64,000 nucleotides of DNA from a candidate division WOR-3 bacterium (GCA_965649205.1 CBFGJV010000008.1:1-64000), one strand, 5' to 3'. Counted from the first letter of the stretch, positions 31,348-41,921 are shown. Translations and numbers: made by a program. Notes: a model not told the origin generated them from the letters alone.

Positions 31348-33147
31348 ATGACTAATCTTCCCTCTGTTCTGAAAGGACCTTTACCCAAGATTGGTATCAG
31401 GCCGACGATAGACGGGCGACGCGGTGTACGCGAGTCGCTGGAAAAACAGGTGAAAGCAATGGCCCATGCGGCTGCGCGCTTCATATCTTCAAAACTGAGG
31501 TATCCTGACGGAAGACGTGTAAAGGTAGTAATCGCCGACGAATGTATCGGTGGGGCGGCAGAGGCCGCGGCCTGTGCCGAAAAATTCGCCCGCGAAGGCG
31601 TGGGCGTCTCCCTTACAGTCACACCCTGCTGGTGCTACGGAACAGAAACCATGGACACAGACCCGTTCCTGCCCAAAGCCATCTGGGGCTTTAACGGCAC
31701 AGAAAGACCAGGGGCGGTATATCTTGCCGCGGTTCTCGCTGGCCACAATCAGCTGGGCTTACCGGCGTTCGGCATCTACGGTCGCGAAGTACAAGACAAA
31801 GATGACTCGTCAATTCCCCACGACGTGCAGGAAAAGCTACTCCGGTTCTGTCGAGCCGGACTGTCAGTCGCGCTTGCTCGCCAAAAGAGCTATCTGTCGA
31901 TTGGCAATGTATCCATGGGCATAGCCGGTTCGGCGGTTAACCATAATTTTTTCTCTGACTACCTAGGCATGAGAGTAGTATGTGTGGATATGAGCGAGCT
32001 GGTTCGGCGGTTGGAAGAGGGAATCTACGACCTGCTTGAGTTCAAACGTGCCTATGCTTGGGTCAAGAAATATTGTCGCGAAGGCGCGGACCCTAACCCA
32101 GAACCTATGCGCCGCAGCCGCGAAGCCAAAAACCGGGAATGGCAGACCGTAATAAAAATGACCATGATGGTGAGAGACCTAATGGTGGGTAACCCTCGTC
32201 TGGCTGAGTTGGGTTTTTCAGAAGAAGCCTTGGGCCATAATGCCATACTCGCCGGTTTTCAGGGGCAGCGCCAGTGGACAGACCACTTTCCCAACGGGGA
32301 TTTTCTCGAGGCCATCCTGAACTCTTCTTTCGACTGGAATGGCACCCGTGCCCCCTATCTGGTGGCTACCGAAAACGACAGCTTGAATGGTGTGGCCATG
32401 CTCTTTGGCTGGCTTCTTACCGGAACGGCCCAGATATTCGCCGATGTACGTACCTACTGGAGTCCGGAAGCTGTAAAACGGGTCACCGGGTATACGCTTA
32501 CGGGCCCGGCTTCTTCTGGAATCATACACCTCATCAACTCCGGTGCCGCCTGTCTTGATGGCACAGGAGAACAATCTCGGGACAACGCTCCGGCCATAAA
32601 ACCATTCTTGGAAATCACGCAGGAAGAAGTCGAAAAATGCCTTGCCGCCACTACCTGGCCCCCGGCGCTGTACGAATACTTCCGGGGCGGTGGTTTTTCC
32701 TCCTGCTATGTCTCCCGAGGCGGGATGCCGTTGACAATGAGTCGGGTAAGCCTGGTGAAAGGACTAGGCCCGGTGCTGCAGATTGCTGAAGGATACTCGT
32801 TGGAGCTCCCGGAACACGTACACCGCACATTGGTTGAACGTACGAACGAAACCTGGCCTACCACTTGGTTTGTTCCCAGACTTACCAATAGCGGTCCTTT
32901 CCGCAGTACTTACGAAGTAATGAAGGCCTGGAGTGCCAACCATGCCGCGGTATCCTACGGTCATATCGGTGCCGACCTTGTTACTTTAGCCTCCTTGCTC
33001 CGCATCCCAGTTGCCCTGCACAACGTTCCCGAGGAAAAACTGTTTCGCCCCTCCGCCTGGGCACTATTTGGTACTGCCGACCAAGAAGGTGCTGATTTCC
33101 GTGCCTGCGCCAACTTCGGTCCGCTCTACGGCAAGGGTTCTTTGTGA
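31348..33147 (+). CDS. fucI: L-fucose isomerase
   Basis: [42 protein letters not shown]. Confidence 0.97.
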   Translation: MTNLPSVLKGPLPKIGIRPTIDGRRGVRESLEKQVKAMAHAAARFISSKLRYPDGRRVKVVIADECIGGAAEAAACAEKFAREGVGVSLTVTPCWCYGTETMDTDPFLPKAIWGFNGTERPGAVYLAAVLAGHNQLGLPAFGIYGREVQDKDDSSIPHDVQEKLLRFCRAGLSVALARQKSYLSIGNVSMGIAGSAVNHNFFSDYLGMRVVCVDMSELVRRLEEGIYDLLEFKRAYAWVKKYCREGADPNPEPMRRSREAKNREWQTVIKMTMMVRDLMVGNPRLAELGFSEEALGHNAILAGFQGQRQWTDHFPNGDFLEAILNSSFDWNGTRAPYLVATENDSLNGVAMLFGWLLTGTAQIFADVRTYWSPEAVKRVTGYTLTGPASSGIIHLINSGAACLDGTGEQSRDNAPAIKPFLEITQEEVEKCLAATTWPPALYEYFRGGGFSSCYVSRGGMPLTMSRVSLVKGLGPVLQIAEGYSLELPEHVHRTLVERTNETWPTTWFVPRLTNSGPFRSTYEVMKAWSANHAAVSYGHIGADLVTLASLLRIPVALHNVPEEKLFRPSAWALFGTADQEGADFRACANFGPLYGKGSL

Positions 33148-34503
33148 ATTTAATCTTCATCTGCCTCGATTCGTTCCGTCAAGACCACGTTGGTTTCTAC
33201 CACCAAGGCCGGTCCGCGTTCATAGACGTACCTGCCTGTCGCACGCCAAACCTCGACACCTTTGCCCGTGAGTGTATCGTCTTTGACCGATTACACCCCT
33301 GCGGCCTGCCCAGTTTTCCGGTCCGTACCGAACTTCTGACAGGGCAGTTCACCCTGCCTTTTCGACCCTGGCAGGCGTTGAATTCCAGCGACCTCACGCT
33401 GCCGGAAATCCTGCGTGCAGAAGGATATGTTTCTGCCCTGATTACCGACCTGTATCACTACTTCGTACCGGGCATGAACCTGCATCGGGGATTCGACGTT
33501 TACCGCTGGATACGCGGACAGGAGTTTGATGCTTACCAGTCACACAATACATGTCGCAACCTCAGAGATTACACAAACGACAACTATCCGCCGCACTGGC
33601 AAAACCTCGTTGGCCGCTTCTTGGCCAACACCGACGATATAAAGGACGAACGACAGTGGTTCTGCGCACGGTTGGTTGATCAGGCGTGCGACTGGCTCAA
33701 GAAAAATCGCTCGGACAAAAGAAAGAAATTTCTTTGGCTCGACTCGCTTGATCCCCATGAACCTTGGGATCCGCCTCCCCGATTTGACGTCTATACTGAC
33801 CCTGCCTACAAAGGTCCTCGACTGGTCTTGCCCTTGGGCGGAGCTGCCAAGGACTGGGCTTCTCCCGAAGAAATACGCCATATCCGGGGTCTGTATGCAG
33901 GCGAAACCGCCTATGTTGATCACTACGTAGGAGAACTACTTGCCTGCCTGAAAGAACTGGGGTACTACGAAGATAGCGTAATCGTCATCCTTTCCGACCA
34001 TGGCCATCCCTTGGCCGACCATGGCAAGTTCCTCAAGGGTACAGACCGTCTATATTCAGAATTACTCAACGTGCTTTTCCTCGTACACTTCCCCGGCTGT
34101 CAGCCGCGCCTCACCCACGCCCTAGCCCAAATGCCAGACATACTACCTACCTTGCTGGAGTTGCTAGGTTTTGCCGCCGACACTCAAACAATGGCTGGCC
34201 GTTCCCTCGTGCCCGTCCTGCGCGGTGAGAAAGATACTCATCGCGATGCCGTCATCATCGGCTACTACGAAGGTTTCGACCGGATGCATCCGAGACGAAA
34301 ACTGGAGCTATATACGCCGCCCGAACACAGAACCAGACGAATTGTATAACCTGGCCGAAGACCCACGAGAGACTCGAAGCCTGATTGACGAATACCCAGA
34401 CCAAGCTCGCCGCCTAGCCGCAAAATTCGGCAATGCGTGGTACCGCCATCCGCCGCAAGCCATAAAGGGCGTCCAAGGCCGCTACGAGCTGGCTGGTTCC
34501 TGA
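33144..34503 (+). CDS. Sulfatase-like hydrolase with a +1 frameshift near 34284
   Basis: DSFRQD, SFPVR, LTG, DPHEPW, SDHG; C-terminus [19 protein letters not shown] continues in ORF 34171-34503. Confidence 0.8.
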
Positions 34504-34559
34504 CCACCACTGTTTTCGCCGAAATGCTGACAGCTTGGCGTAAATTGCACGAAGTGCGG

Positions 34560-34859
34560 TTCCCCCAACTGCTCACTGACCTGCCCAGCCGGCAATCTGG
34601 AGACCAGCCCGGTCAGCCGCCCGCCAAGCGACCCACCAAACGACTCACCTAGCCGCCCCTCCCGCAATTCTCCACTCCGTTCTCCCCTCTGCCTGCCCAA
34701 CTACCCCTTGGCCAGCCCTCTGCCTAGCCCACCAGACAACCGGCTCACTCGTCCGGTCACCGGCTCGGCAAACTATTCACCTGGCAACCTTCCTCACCGC
34801 CCGGTATTCTGCCCCCGGAACAACCCGCCAGGCCACCTACCCAGCAGCCCCCCCCAGCG
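34560..34859. repeat. Degenerate 12-nt tandem array, about 24 units, consensus roughly YYNNNNNNNCNR
   Basis: Units from 34572: ctcactgacctg/cccagccggcaa/tctggagaccag/cccggtcagccg/cccgccaagcga/cccaccaaacga/ctcacctagccg... Confidence 0.8.
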
Positions 34860-34959
34860 ACCCCCATACGAAAAAGCTTCACTTACAGCACCGCCCGTGT
34901 GCCACCTGTGCGCGGCGCTAGCGGCCTTACCTTGCGAAAGCTATACGGTGGGCAGGAAG

Positions 34960-35033
34960 TGGGCCCGGTCCGGATCGAACGGACGACCCGCTGATTATGA
35001 GTCAGCTGCTCTGACCACCTGAGCTACGGGCCC
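34960..35033 (-). tRNA. tRNA with CAT anticodon, probably tRNA-Ile2 (lysidine); CCA not encoded
   Basis: GGGCCCGTAGCTCAGGTGGTCAGAGCAGCTGACTCATAATCAGCGGGTCGTCCGTTCGATCCGGACCGGGCCCA folds as a cloverleaf; promoter TTGACT-N16-TACCCT at 35107-35080. Confidence 0.92.
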
Positions 35034-35177
35034 TTTTGATAAAGTCTTCGCTGTTCTTTAGCTTTTCCCGACAGAGCTAAGGGTAGCGGAAAGAAACTGC
35101 CAGTCAAGATGGTCTCGTGCCCGTCGAGGGCGAGGTGCTCCATACCCGCAAACACAAAAACTAGCCCTGCGTTTATC

Positions 35178-36701
35178 TCAGGCGAGACTTCCTACGGTAG
35201 CCTCTACTGCCTGAAGTAACTCTCCAGACCTTGCCGCAGCAGCAAGGTTGTTTATGTCGTACTGTGTAGGTCTGTCTTCTTCCAACTTGGCCACGTGCCG
35301 ACGAATTGCTTCATATGCCGCCTGGGTCCCGCGTCCCAGGCCCAGCGGCCGGCGAAACTCCACCGCCTGAGCTGCTGCCATAAGTTCAATAGCTATTACA
35401 TACCAAGCATTATCCAGAATTCTCGCCGCCTTTGTCGCAGAAGTAAAGGCCATAGAAACAAAGTCTTCCTGATCAGCGGCAGCAGGGATGGAGCCAGTTG
35501 CAGCCGGCGCAGAAAGTATCCTACTTTCGCACACCAGCATTCCCTGAGTGTACTGCGTAAGCATTAACCCGGAGAACATCCCGGCTCCCTTAGTCAGAAA
35601 CGCAGGCAATCCACAAGAAAGGTTACGGTTGAGAAGCCGGTTTGTTCTTCTTTCTGACAGCACCGCTACCATCGCCGTACTTTCTCCAACAAGGTCTAAG
35701 GCCAAAGCGAGAGGTGTTCCCTGAAAATTGGCGCCCGTCAAATAAGCCTGCTCTTCCGGAAAGAAAATCGGGTTGTCACCTACCCCGTTTAGCTCTGTTT
35801 CAAACATCTGCCTTGCCCAAGCAAGCGCATCTCTTGCTCCGCCTACCACTTGCGGCGTAGAACGTAGTGAATAGGCATCCTGCACCTTCTTGCCTGGTTG
35901 CTTTAGCATCTCCGAATCGGCCGTAAGCCGGCGGATGTTGGCGGCGCAGTCCATGGCGCCAGGGAAACCCCTTACGCGGTGTATCCGCTCGTCATATGCG
36001 GCCATGTTTGCATTTAAAACCTCCAGCGTCATAGCCCCGGCCACCTCGGATGTCCTCAAGAAACGCTGGGTGTCACACAGCAGCAGAGCTCCCCAGCCAG
36101 CGGTCATATTAGATCCGTTTATGAGGGCAAGCCCGTCGCGGGCGGCGAATTGTACAGTCGCAATACCCGCTTGTTTCATAGCCTCCGCCCCGCTCATCTT
36201 CCTACCCTGGTAGAACGCTTCTCCTTCGCCCAAAAGCACGAGCGCCATCTGAGACATTGGCGAAAGGTCTCCGCATGCCCCAACCGAGCCACGATCGAAG
36301 ACCACTGGCGTCACGCCCCGGTTCAACATCTCTACCAAAGTCTCTACTATTTCCGGTCGTATGCCAGAATGACCCTTTGCCAGAACGTTAATACGCGAAC
36401 AGATGCCAGCCCGTACCACCTCCTCGGGCAAGGGATCTCCACATCCCGCGGAATGAGAGTACACAATGAACCGCTGAAATCTTTCAGTTTCTTCCGGCGT
36501 GAGCACGGTCTCAGACAGTTCCCCGATTCCGGTGGTTATACCGTACATTATTGCCCGTTCTTTCACTTTCTGGTCTATAAACTCTCGGCAGCGCAATATC
36601 CTCTCTCGCGCCGCCTGGGAAAGACTTACCTTTTCCCTGTTGCGAGCAACCCTCACTAAATCTTCAAGCTTAAGACCTTTTCCGTCTAATATCACGGCCA
36701 T
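35178..36701 (-). CDS. hutH: Histidine ammonia-lyase family protein
   Basis: YGITTG, SH specificity pair, GSVGACGDL (MIO region), VQDAYSLR, NFQG, QEDFVSM. Confidence 0.88.
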   Translation of the reverse strand: MAVILDGKGLKLEDLVRVARNREKVSLSQAARERILRCREFIDQKVKERAIMYGITTGIGELSETVLTPEETERFQRFIVYSHSAGCGDPLPEEVVRAGICSRINVLAKGHSGIRPEIVETLVEMLNRGVTPVVFDRGSVGACGDLSPMSQMALVLLGEGEAFYQGRKMSGAEAMKQAGIATVQFAARDGLALINGSNMTAGWGALLLCDTQRFLRTSEVAGAMTLEVLNANMAAYDERIHRVRGFPGAMDCAANIRRLTADSEMLKQPGKKVQDAYSLRSTPQVVGGARDALAWARQMFETELNGVGDNPIFFPEEQAYLTGANFQGTPLALALDLVGESTAMVAVLSERRTNRLLNRNLSCGLPAFLTKGAGMFSGLMLTQYTQGMLVCESRILSAPAATGSIPAAADQEDFVSMAFTSATKAARILDNAWYVIAIELMAAAQAVEFRRPLGLGRGTQAAYEAIRRHVAKLEEDRPTQYDINNLAAAARSGELLQAVEATVGSLA

Positions 36702-36721
36702 AGTTTGCTTTACCTCCTTAC

Positions 36722-37396
36722 TTAACTCTCAGCTGTACTCTGGGAATTTGTCCTTCCCCGCTGGGGACGCTGGTGTTTATAACGAGTCTGCCTGCCTATC
36801 CTCTGTTGTTCCGCCTGGACCTGCGGTACCTGTTGTTGCTGTTGTCTGGATGCTGCGCTGGTGCTTGGTTGCTCTTTTCGTCGTAGGTGCTGGCTGTGGC
36901 TGCCCGGCCAATAGACTCGTCGGCACTTGGGGCAAAGGTTGAAGTCGTGGTGAATCTGGTAAATGAAAAAAGGTACGAAAGGTCGCGCTTCTTCCCTGGA
37001 AATCTTCGTGAGAGATTCGTTGCAGCAACTGCAACGCGAAAACGGGCTCTGTCCCGCATCTTCTTTCCTGAGCGAGCCAACGGTTACACCGGCTAACTTC
37101 TGTTTTAACTCTGCCACCTGCTCCGAAGGGTCTGGAGATGCGAGGTATATAGTACCGGGTAGCTTTGCCAGTTTCTTGCTGCGCGTAAGAAACGTGCGGG
37201 CCTGCGCTCGTGCTTCTCGGTATGCTCGAATCCCGGCCGCCGTACGGCTGTACTCCACGTCCATTCCCAAAAGACGCAGTTCTCGCGCCAGCTTTCCAAG
37301 CATTACATCGCAGAATAGCCTTTGTCCACCTGCGGCGTTCCCTCCAGGCGTTGCTGCAACTTCATCTGGAGCGAACCGGCTAACTTTTTCCATCAT
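36722..37396 (-). CDS. Mut7-C RNase domain (DUF82) protein
   Basis: CDVMLGKLARELRLLG.D, RC..CN, CPKCRRVYWPGSH; Q-rich tail. Confidence 0.88.
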   Translation of the reverse strand: MMEKVSRFAPDEVAATPGGNAAGGQRLFCDVMLGKLARELRLLGMDVEYSRTAAGIRAYREARAQARTFLTRSKKLAKLPGTIYLASPDPSEQVAELKQKLAGVTVGSLRKEDAGQSPFSRCSCCNESLTKISREEARPFVPFFIYQIHHDFNLCPKCRRVYWPGSHSQHLRRKEQPSTSAASRQQQQQVPQVQAEQQRIGRQTRYKHQRPQRGRTNSQSTAES

Positions 37397-37599
37397 GTGA
37401 CCATAATCTAGCAGAAAACTACAAACGGTCAAATTGGACGGTCAGGCCGGTAGCAAACTTCAAAGTAGACGTTGCCGGATTGCGTCCCCGGTTCTTAAAT
37501 ATCCTGCCCCCTTCTCACGTTCAAACTCCATCAACCTCAAACTCGCACAGAACGAAATCTTCCAGCCTCACTAGCAGCTTACACCAAAACACAAAGAAG

Positions 37600-37880
37600 T
37601 TATTTTTCATGCTACCCCAAATTGTAGTACCTAATAGGTATTTATTACGAGCATTAATTATAAATAGATATATAGGTCCGCTCCTGAGTAGATAACAACA
37701 ATTTTATTTGATTTTATTAGATTGTTGCTGTTGTTGTGTATGGGGATTGGCGTGCAGACTTGCAACGCTATGATTTTGTTGAAGTTGCCAACGGGGTTTT
37801 TCACAGTGGCTCAGGTGGGTAGATGTGGAAACTTAAAGGGTTAACTGAAGTTCACGCAGTAGACGACAGGTTATGCACCA
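37600..37880. other. AT-rich region with DnaA-box-like sites downstream of dnaA (candidate unwinding part of oriC)
   Basis: AT-rich 37620-37720; TTTTTCACA 37797-37805; one-mismatch boxes at 37824-37832 and 37871-37879. Confidence 0.55.
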
Positions 37881-39250
37881 GTTATCCCAGACATTATTCT
37901 TTCTATTTTGCTGGCAACAGTTGGATCAGTTGTACAGAGAGATTGTATTTTGTCGAGGGCGTGCATAACTGTGGTATGGTCTCTGCCCCCGAACATAGTT
38001 CCTATCTCTTTTAGTGAAAGTCCAAGTTTGTGGCGTAGTGCAAACATCGCCGCCTGCCGGGCAAGGGCCAACTGTTTGGTACGACTTGGTCCCCGAATTG
38101 CGGCGGCGGGGACGCCAAACACTTCCGCTGTCTTAGTGATAACCGCATCGGCACTGGGTGTTTGTTCTGGAGGTAGCAGGTCCTTCAAGGCTTTTTCCGC
38201 GAGCGCGAGCGAGACGGGCTCTCCGGCAAGCGACGACATGGCAGATATGCGGACAAGGCAACCTTCTAGTTCCCTGACATTGGATTTAACTCGGCTGGCT
38301 ACATAGTGGGCTACCTCAGGTGGCAAAGACAACCCTTCCAAGGCAGCCTTATGGTGCAGTATGGCTATACGTGTTTCTAGGTCAGGCGGTTGGATGTCGA
38401 CAACCAAACCAGACCCGAGTCTAGAAGTCAGCCTTTCTTCCAATGTAGGAATTTCTTTAGGCGGGCGGTCGCTTGTGAATACAACCTGGCTGCCAGCGTT
38501 GTGTAGGTGGTTGAAAATATGAAAGATTTCCTCCTGCAGCCTCTCTTTTCCCACCAGGTAGTGTACATCGTCAAGTAGTAACAATCCCAGACACCGGTAT
38601 TTGTTTTTAAACTCTAACCTTGTATCTTTTTCTATGGCCTGAATGAACTCCAAGAACAGCGTCTCCGCGGCCACATAGAGAATTTTAGCTTTGTCACCAC
38701 GCTCGCTCAACAAGTGGTTTCCTATAGCATGAAGCAGGTGGGTTTTACCCAAGCCGGGTCCGCCGTAGATGAAAAGCGGGTTATAAGCCACGCCCGGTCT
38801 CTCTGCCACGCTGCGAGCTGCGGCACAGGCTAGCCGGGACGACTCCCCTACTACGAAATTTGCGAAAGTGTAGTTTGGTTTCAATCTATACGCGCTTCTT
38901 GCAGAATAAGAAGGCGAGTCAGTAATTTTCCAAGGCGAGCGTGTCCTGTGCTCATGTAACCGAGCGATGTCGTCCTGTCCCCTGGGCCGGAAAGAGACAG
39001 ATAATGGTCGCGCACATACAGCAGCTAGCGCTGTTTTTATGTTTGCCGCATAACGCTGAGAGAGCCATTCCACGAAAAAGGAAGTTGGAACCTCTACTTC
39101 AATAACATCACCTTTTAGCTCGCGACCTTTGGTGGGCGACAACCAAGTATCAAATGCCTCACCGCTCACACAGGAACGCAGATACTCGAGCACTCTGTTC
39201 CAGATAGCTCCAGCATCCGCCTGAGAAACTACAGGATTATCAGTTGCCAT
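37871..39250 (-). CDS. dnaA: Chromosomal replication initiator DnaA
   Basis: YTFANFVVG, YNPLFIYGGPGLGKTHL, NVRELEG, FGGRDHTTVMHA. Confidence 0.98.
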   Translation of the reverse strand: MATDNPVVSQADAGAIWNRVLEYLRSCVSGEAFDTWLSPTKGRELKGDVIEVEVPTSFFVEWLSQRYAANIKTALAAVCARPLSVSFRPRGQDDIARLHEHRTRSPWKITDSPSYSARSAYRLKPNYTFANFVVGESSRLACAAARSVAERPGVAYNPLFIYGGPGLGKTHLLHAIGNHLLSERGDKAKILYVAAETLFLEFIQAIEKDTRLEFKNKYRCLGLLLLDDVHYLVGKERLQEEIFHIFNHLHNAGSQVVFTSDRPPKEIPTLEERLTSRLGSGLVVDIQPPDLETRIAILHHKAALEGLSLPPEVAHYVASRVKSNVRELEGCLVRISAMSSLAGEPVSLALAEKALKDLLPPEQTPSADAVITKTAEVFGVPAAAIRGPSRTKQLALARQAAMFALRHKLGLSLKEIGTMFGGRDHTTVMHALDKIQSLCTTDPTVASKIERIMSGITGA

Positions 39251-39285
39251 CTACGCCCCCACATCTTCATACAGATATCACCCGG

Positions 39286-39427
39286 TTATCCACATAATTA
39301 TCCACATAGCATCCTGCTTGTAAATCTTTATAAGAGTTAATGTTACACTAGTAGAGATAGAAATAATCCACAATTGTCTATTCTGTTGCTGCCTTGCGCA
39401 TAATATGTCGGCAAAGAAAAGTGTCAA
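39286..39427. promoter_or_regulatory. DnaA boxes and dnaA promoter (oriC-associated)
   Basis: TTATCCACA at 39286-39294 and 39298-39306, TAATCCACA 39364-39372; TTGACA-N16-TATTAT at 39427-39400 (-). Confidence 0.8.
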
Positions 39428-39531
39428 GAAAAAGAATGTCGGCGCTGACAATTTTCTCACAGGAAACAGATTTGTTGCGTCGGTATCGGACCTGGTTATG
39501 CCGGCTTGGTAAGTAGAAGGTTCGAACTACA

Positions 39532-41853
39532 CTACTTTAAGGCCGCCAACGTCTGCCCGAGACAGATCCCCCCATCATTAGGCGGCACTTGGCGGTTCAA
39601 GAGAACATCCAGACCAACCCCGGACAACCTGGAGACAAGACCGCGGCGGAGAATGGAATTCTGGACAACCCCACCGGACAAGGCTACGAGTTTTGTTTTG
39701 TACTTCCTCGCCAATTCGAGCGCAGCCCTAGACAGCTCAGCCACGAGCGTGTAATGAAACCTCGCGGCAACGACATTCTCATTTGTTCCCCGCAGAAGGT
39801 CTTTCTCTACGGCATATAATATAACCTCTGGTTTTACAACGAGATATCCATCTGTCCACTGCGTGGCGGCCAATTTATAGCCGCTATGCCTTCCTGCTCC
39901 TGCGGCTGCTTCGAGCGCGGCTGGTGCTTGACCGTCAAAGGTTGCATGTTTGCATATCCCTGTCATTGCCGCCACCGCATCGAACAGGCGGCCCATTGAG
40001 GACGTCAACAGTTCCCTCCCATACTTAACATCAACCGAGCGTGGTATTTTTTCGCCCAGATTATTGCGTTGCCTTGCCTGCCTCAGGTAGGAAGCGGCGA
40101 CAAGCGAGGGGTTAGGAACAGTTGTGCTTGGCACCGCCGGTAATTGTAGATAACCTAGATGTCCTACCCGTTCCCAGCTTAAGTCCGGGTGTACCAGAAG
40201 GAATTCACAGCCCCATATTGCTTGATCGGTTCCATATCCAGTTCCGTCCAGCGCCAGACCAAGGACTCTTTCGTCAGTACCCCACTCGGCAAGAACGGAC
40301 AATATATGAGCTAAGTGATGCTGTACCCTTACAAGGGAAACGCCCCAATTCTTGGCTAGGCGGGCAGCCAGATTACTTGATAGATAGTCTGGGTGCATAT
40401 CGCATGCTACCCGTTCCGGTCTTATACCTGTCCAGTGTAGCAGTCTATCCAAGGCTTCGATAAAAAATGATTCTGTCCCTTTGTCGTTCATGTCTCCTAT
40501 GTGGGGGCCTATTATAGCCCGGTCCTTTTCTGCGATGCAGAAGGTATTCTTCAAGTCAGACCCCACTGCTAGTACTGGATGTTTCACGTGAAACGTCGGG
40601 GCCAGTTTAATAACCAGCGGTGTATAACCCCGGGCAAGCCGAATGGGCAACAATAATTCAGTCCGAGGTTTGCACTTGCTTTTGTTTTCTTTCGTGGCCA
40701 ACACTACCGAGTCGTCGCAACGGTTAGCAATGGGACGATTATGCGTCAGCACGAAGTCAACCTTGCCGGAAAGCAGTTTGAATAACTCCCGTTCATCCTT
40801 GATGATGGGAGAACCGCCAAGGTTGGCGCTGGTCATAACTAGGACTACAGGTTTCTTAAGCCTGCGCAGTTCGCGGAAGAGGAGAAGATGCAGGGGGGTG
40901 TAGGGAAGCATAATTCCCAGCCGGTTGGTATGGGGGGCTACAAATTCAGAAACAGCGAGTTGGCAACTCTGCTTTAGTGGCTTTTTCGCCAGCAGAACTA
41001 TGGGGGCGGCTGGGGAACGTAACAGTTTTTCTTCCGCCTTGGTTACACGGCACAGTTTTCGAATGTTGGCAACCGAATCGCACATCAAGGCCAACGGCTT
41101 ATCTGGCCTATTTTTAAGCAGCCTTAACTTCTGCACCGCCTTATTGGAAGTAGCATCACAAGCCAACTGGAATCCGCCTAAGCTTTTTATGGCCACTATG
41201 CGACCGCGATTGAGTTCTTCTGCGGTTCGTAGAAGGGGATCACAACTGACTGGTCTTCCGTAGCCGTCCAGCAGAGACAAGGTTGGCCCGCAGCTAGGGC
41301 AGGCGTTAGGCTGGGCATGAAAGCGTCTGTCAGCGGGACTGGTATATTCTTTCCTGCATTCGGCGCACATGGTGAACAGTTTCATTGTGGTACACGGCCG
41401 GTCATAGGGGAGGTGTTCTATAATTGTAAACCTTGGTCCACACTGAGTGCAGTTCGTAAATGCGTATCCGTATCTCCTGTTTTTGGGAGATGTTATATCT
41501 TTAACGCATTCCCGACACACGGCTAAATCTGGAAGCACTTCAACCGTGGCTTTGGCTTTGCGCTTACTTCGCAGGATTCGGAAGCTTTTAGCTGGCGCCA
41601 GGGAGATGGCTTTAAGTTCCATGCTGGTTATGCGTGACATCGATGGGGGGCGTTTCTTTAGCTCTTCTGCTAACTTGCGAGCGTTCGGGCCCTGCGCCAC
41701 TATCACCACGCCTTCACTGGTGTTGGCTACGCTCCCGGTGACACCTAGGGTACGTGCCAACCGATAAACATACGGTCTGAAACCAACGCCCTGTACCCCC
41801 CCGCGGACCACAATGCGTAGAGAGGGAACCAAACCACTCTTCTTACGTAACAT
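39532..41853 (-). CDS. hypF: Hydrogenase maturation carbamoyltransferase HypF
   Basis: VQGVGFRP, CTQCGPR, RRFHAQPNACPSCGP, QHHLAH, DGTGYG, PPNDGG. Confidence 0.96.
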   Translation of the reverse strand: MLRKKSGLVPSLRIVVRGGVQGVGFRPYVYRLARTLGVTGSVANTSEGVVIVAQGPNARKLAEELKKRPPSMSRITSMELKAISLAPAKSFRILRSKRKAKATVEVLPDLAVCRECVKDITSPKNRRYGYAFTNCTQCGPRFTIIEHLPYDRPCTTMKLFTMCAECRKEYTSPADRRFHAQPNACPSCGPTLSLLDGYGRPVSCDPLLRTAEELNRGRIVAIKSLGGFQLACDATSNKAVQKLRLLKNRPDKPLALMCDSVANIRKLCRVTKAEEKLLRSPAAPIVLLAKKPLKQSCQLAVSEFVAPHTNRLGIMLPYTPLHLLLFRELRRLKKPVVLVMTSANLGGSPIIKDERELFKLLSGKVDFVLTHNRPIANRCDDSVVLATKENKSKCKPRTELLLPIRLARGYTPLVIKLAPTFHVKHPVLAVGSDLKNTFCIAEKDRAIIGPHIGDMNDKGTESFFIEALDRLLHWTGIRPERVACDMHPDYLSSNLAARLAKNWGVSLVRVQHHLAHILSVLAEWGTDERVLGLALDGTGYGTDQAIWGCEFLLVHPDLSWERVGHLGYLQLPAVPSTTVPNPSLVAASYLRQARQRNNLGEKIPRSVDVKYGRELLTSSMGRLFDAVAAMTGICKHATFDGQAPAALEAAAGAGRHSGYKLAATQWTDGYLVVKPEVILYAVEKDLLRGTNENVVAARFHYTLVAELSRAALELARKYKTKLVALSGGVVQNSILRRGLVSRLSGVGLDVLLNRQVPPNDGGICLGQTLAALK
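40580..40595. promoter_or_regulatory. parS site TGTTTCACGTGAAACG inside hypF
   Basis: 15/16 match to TGTTTCACGTGAAACA, about 1.3 kb from dnaA. Confidence 0.85.
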
Positions 41854-41921
41854 TTTGTGGCATAATGGGTTATATTATTAAAACTAACGCCGCTGCAAGT
41901 TCTGAATTATGCGGACTAGAA

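Noticed and set aside
34560..34859. CRISPR array
   Set aside because: No identical repeats separated by spacers and no cas genes
34708..35022. 104-aa Pro-rich ORF as a normal gene
   Set aside because: TTG start without SD in mid-array; runs antisense through the tRNA
39393..39420. dif-like site (TGCGCATAA resembles the XerC arm)
   Set aside because: No XerD arm; overlaps the dnaA -10; origin-proximal
41856..41883. Second dif-like AT-rich motif upstream of hypF
   Set aside because: Poor match to both arms; more likely promoter sequence
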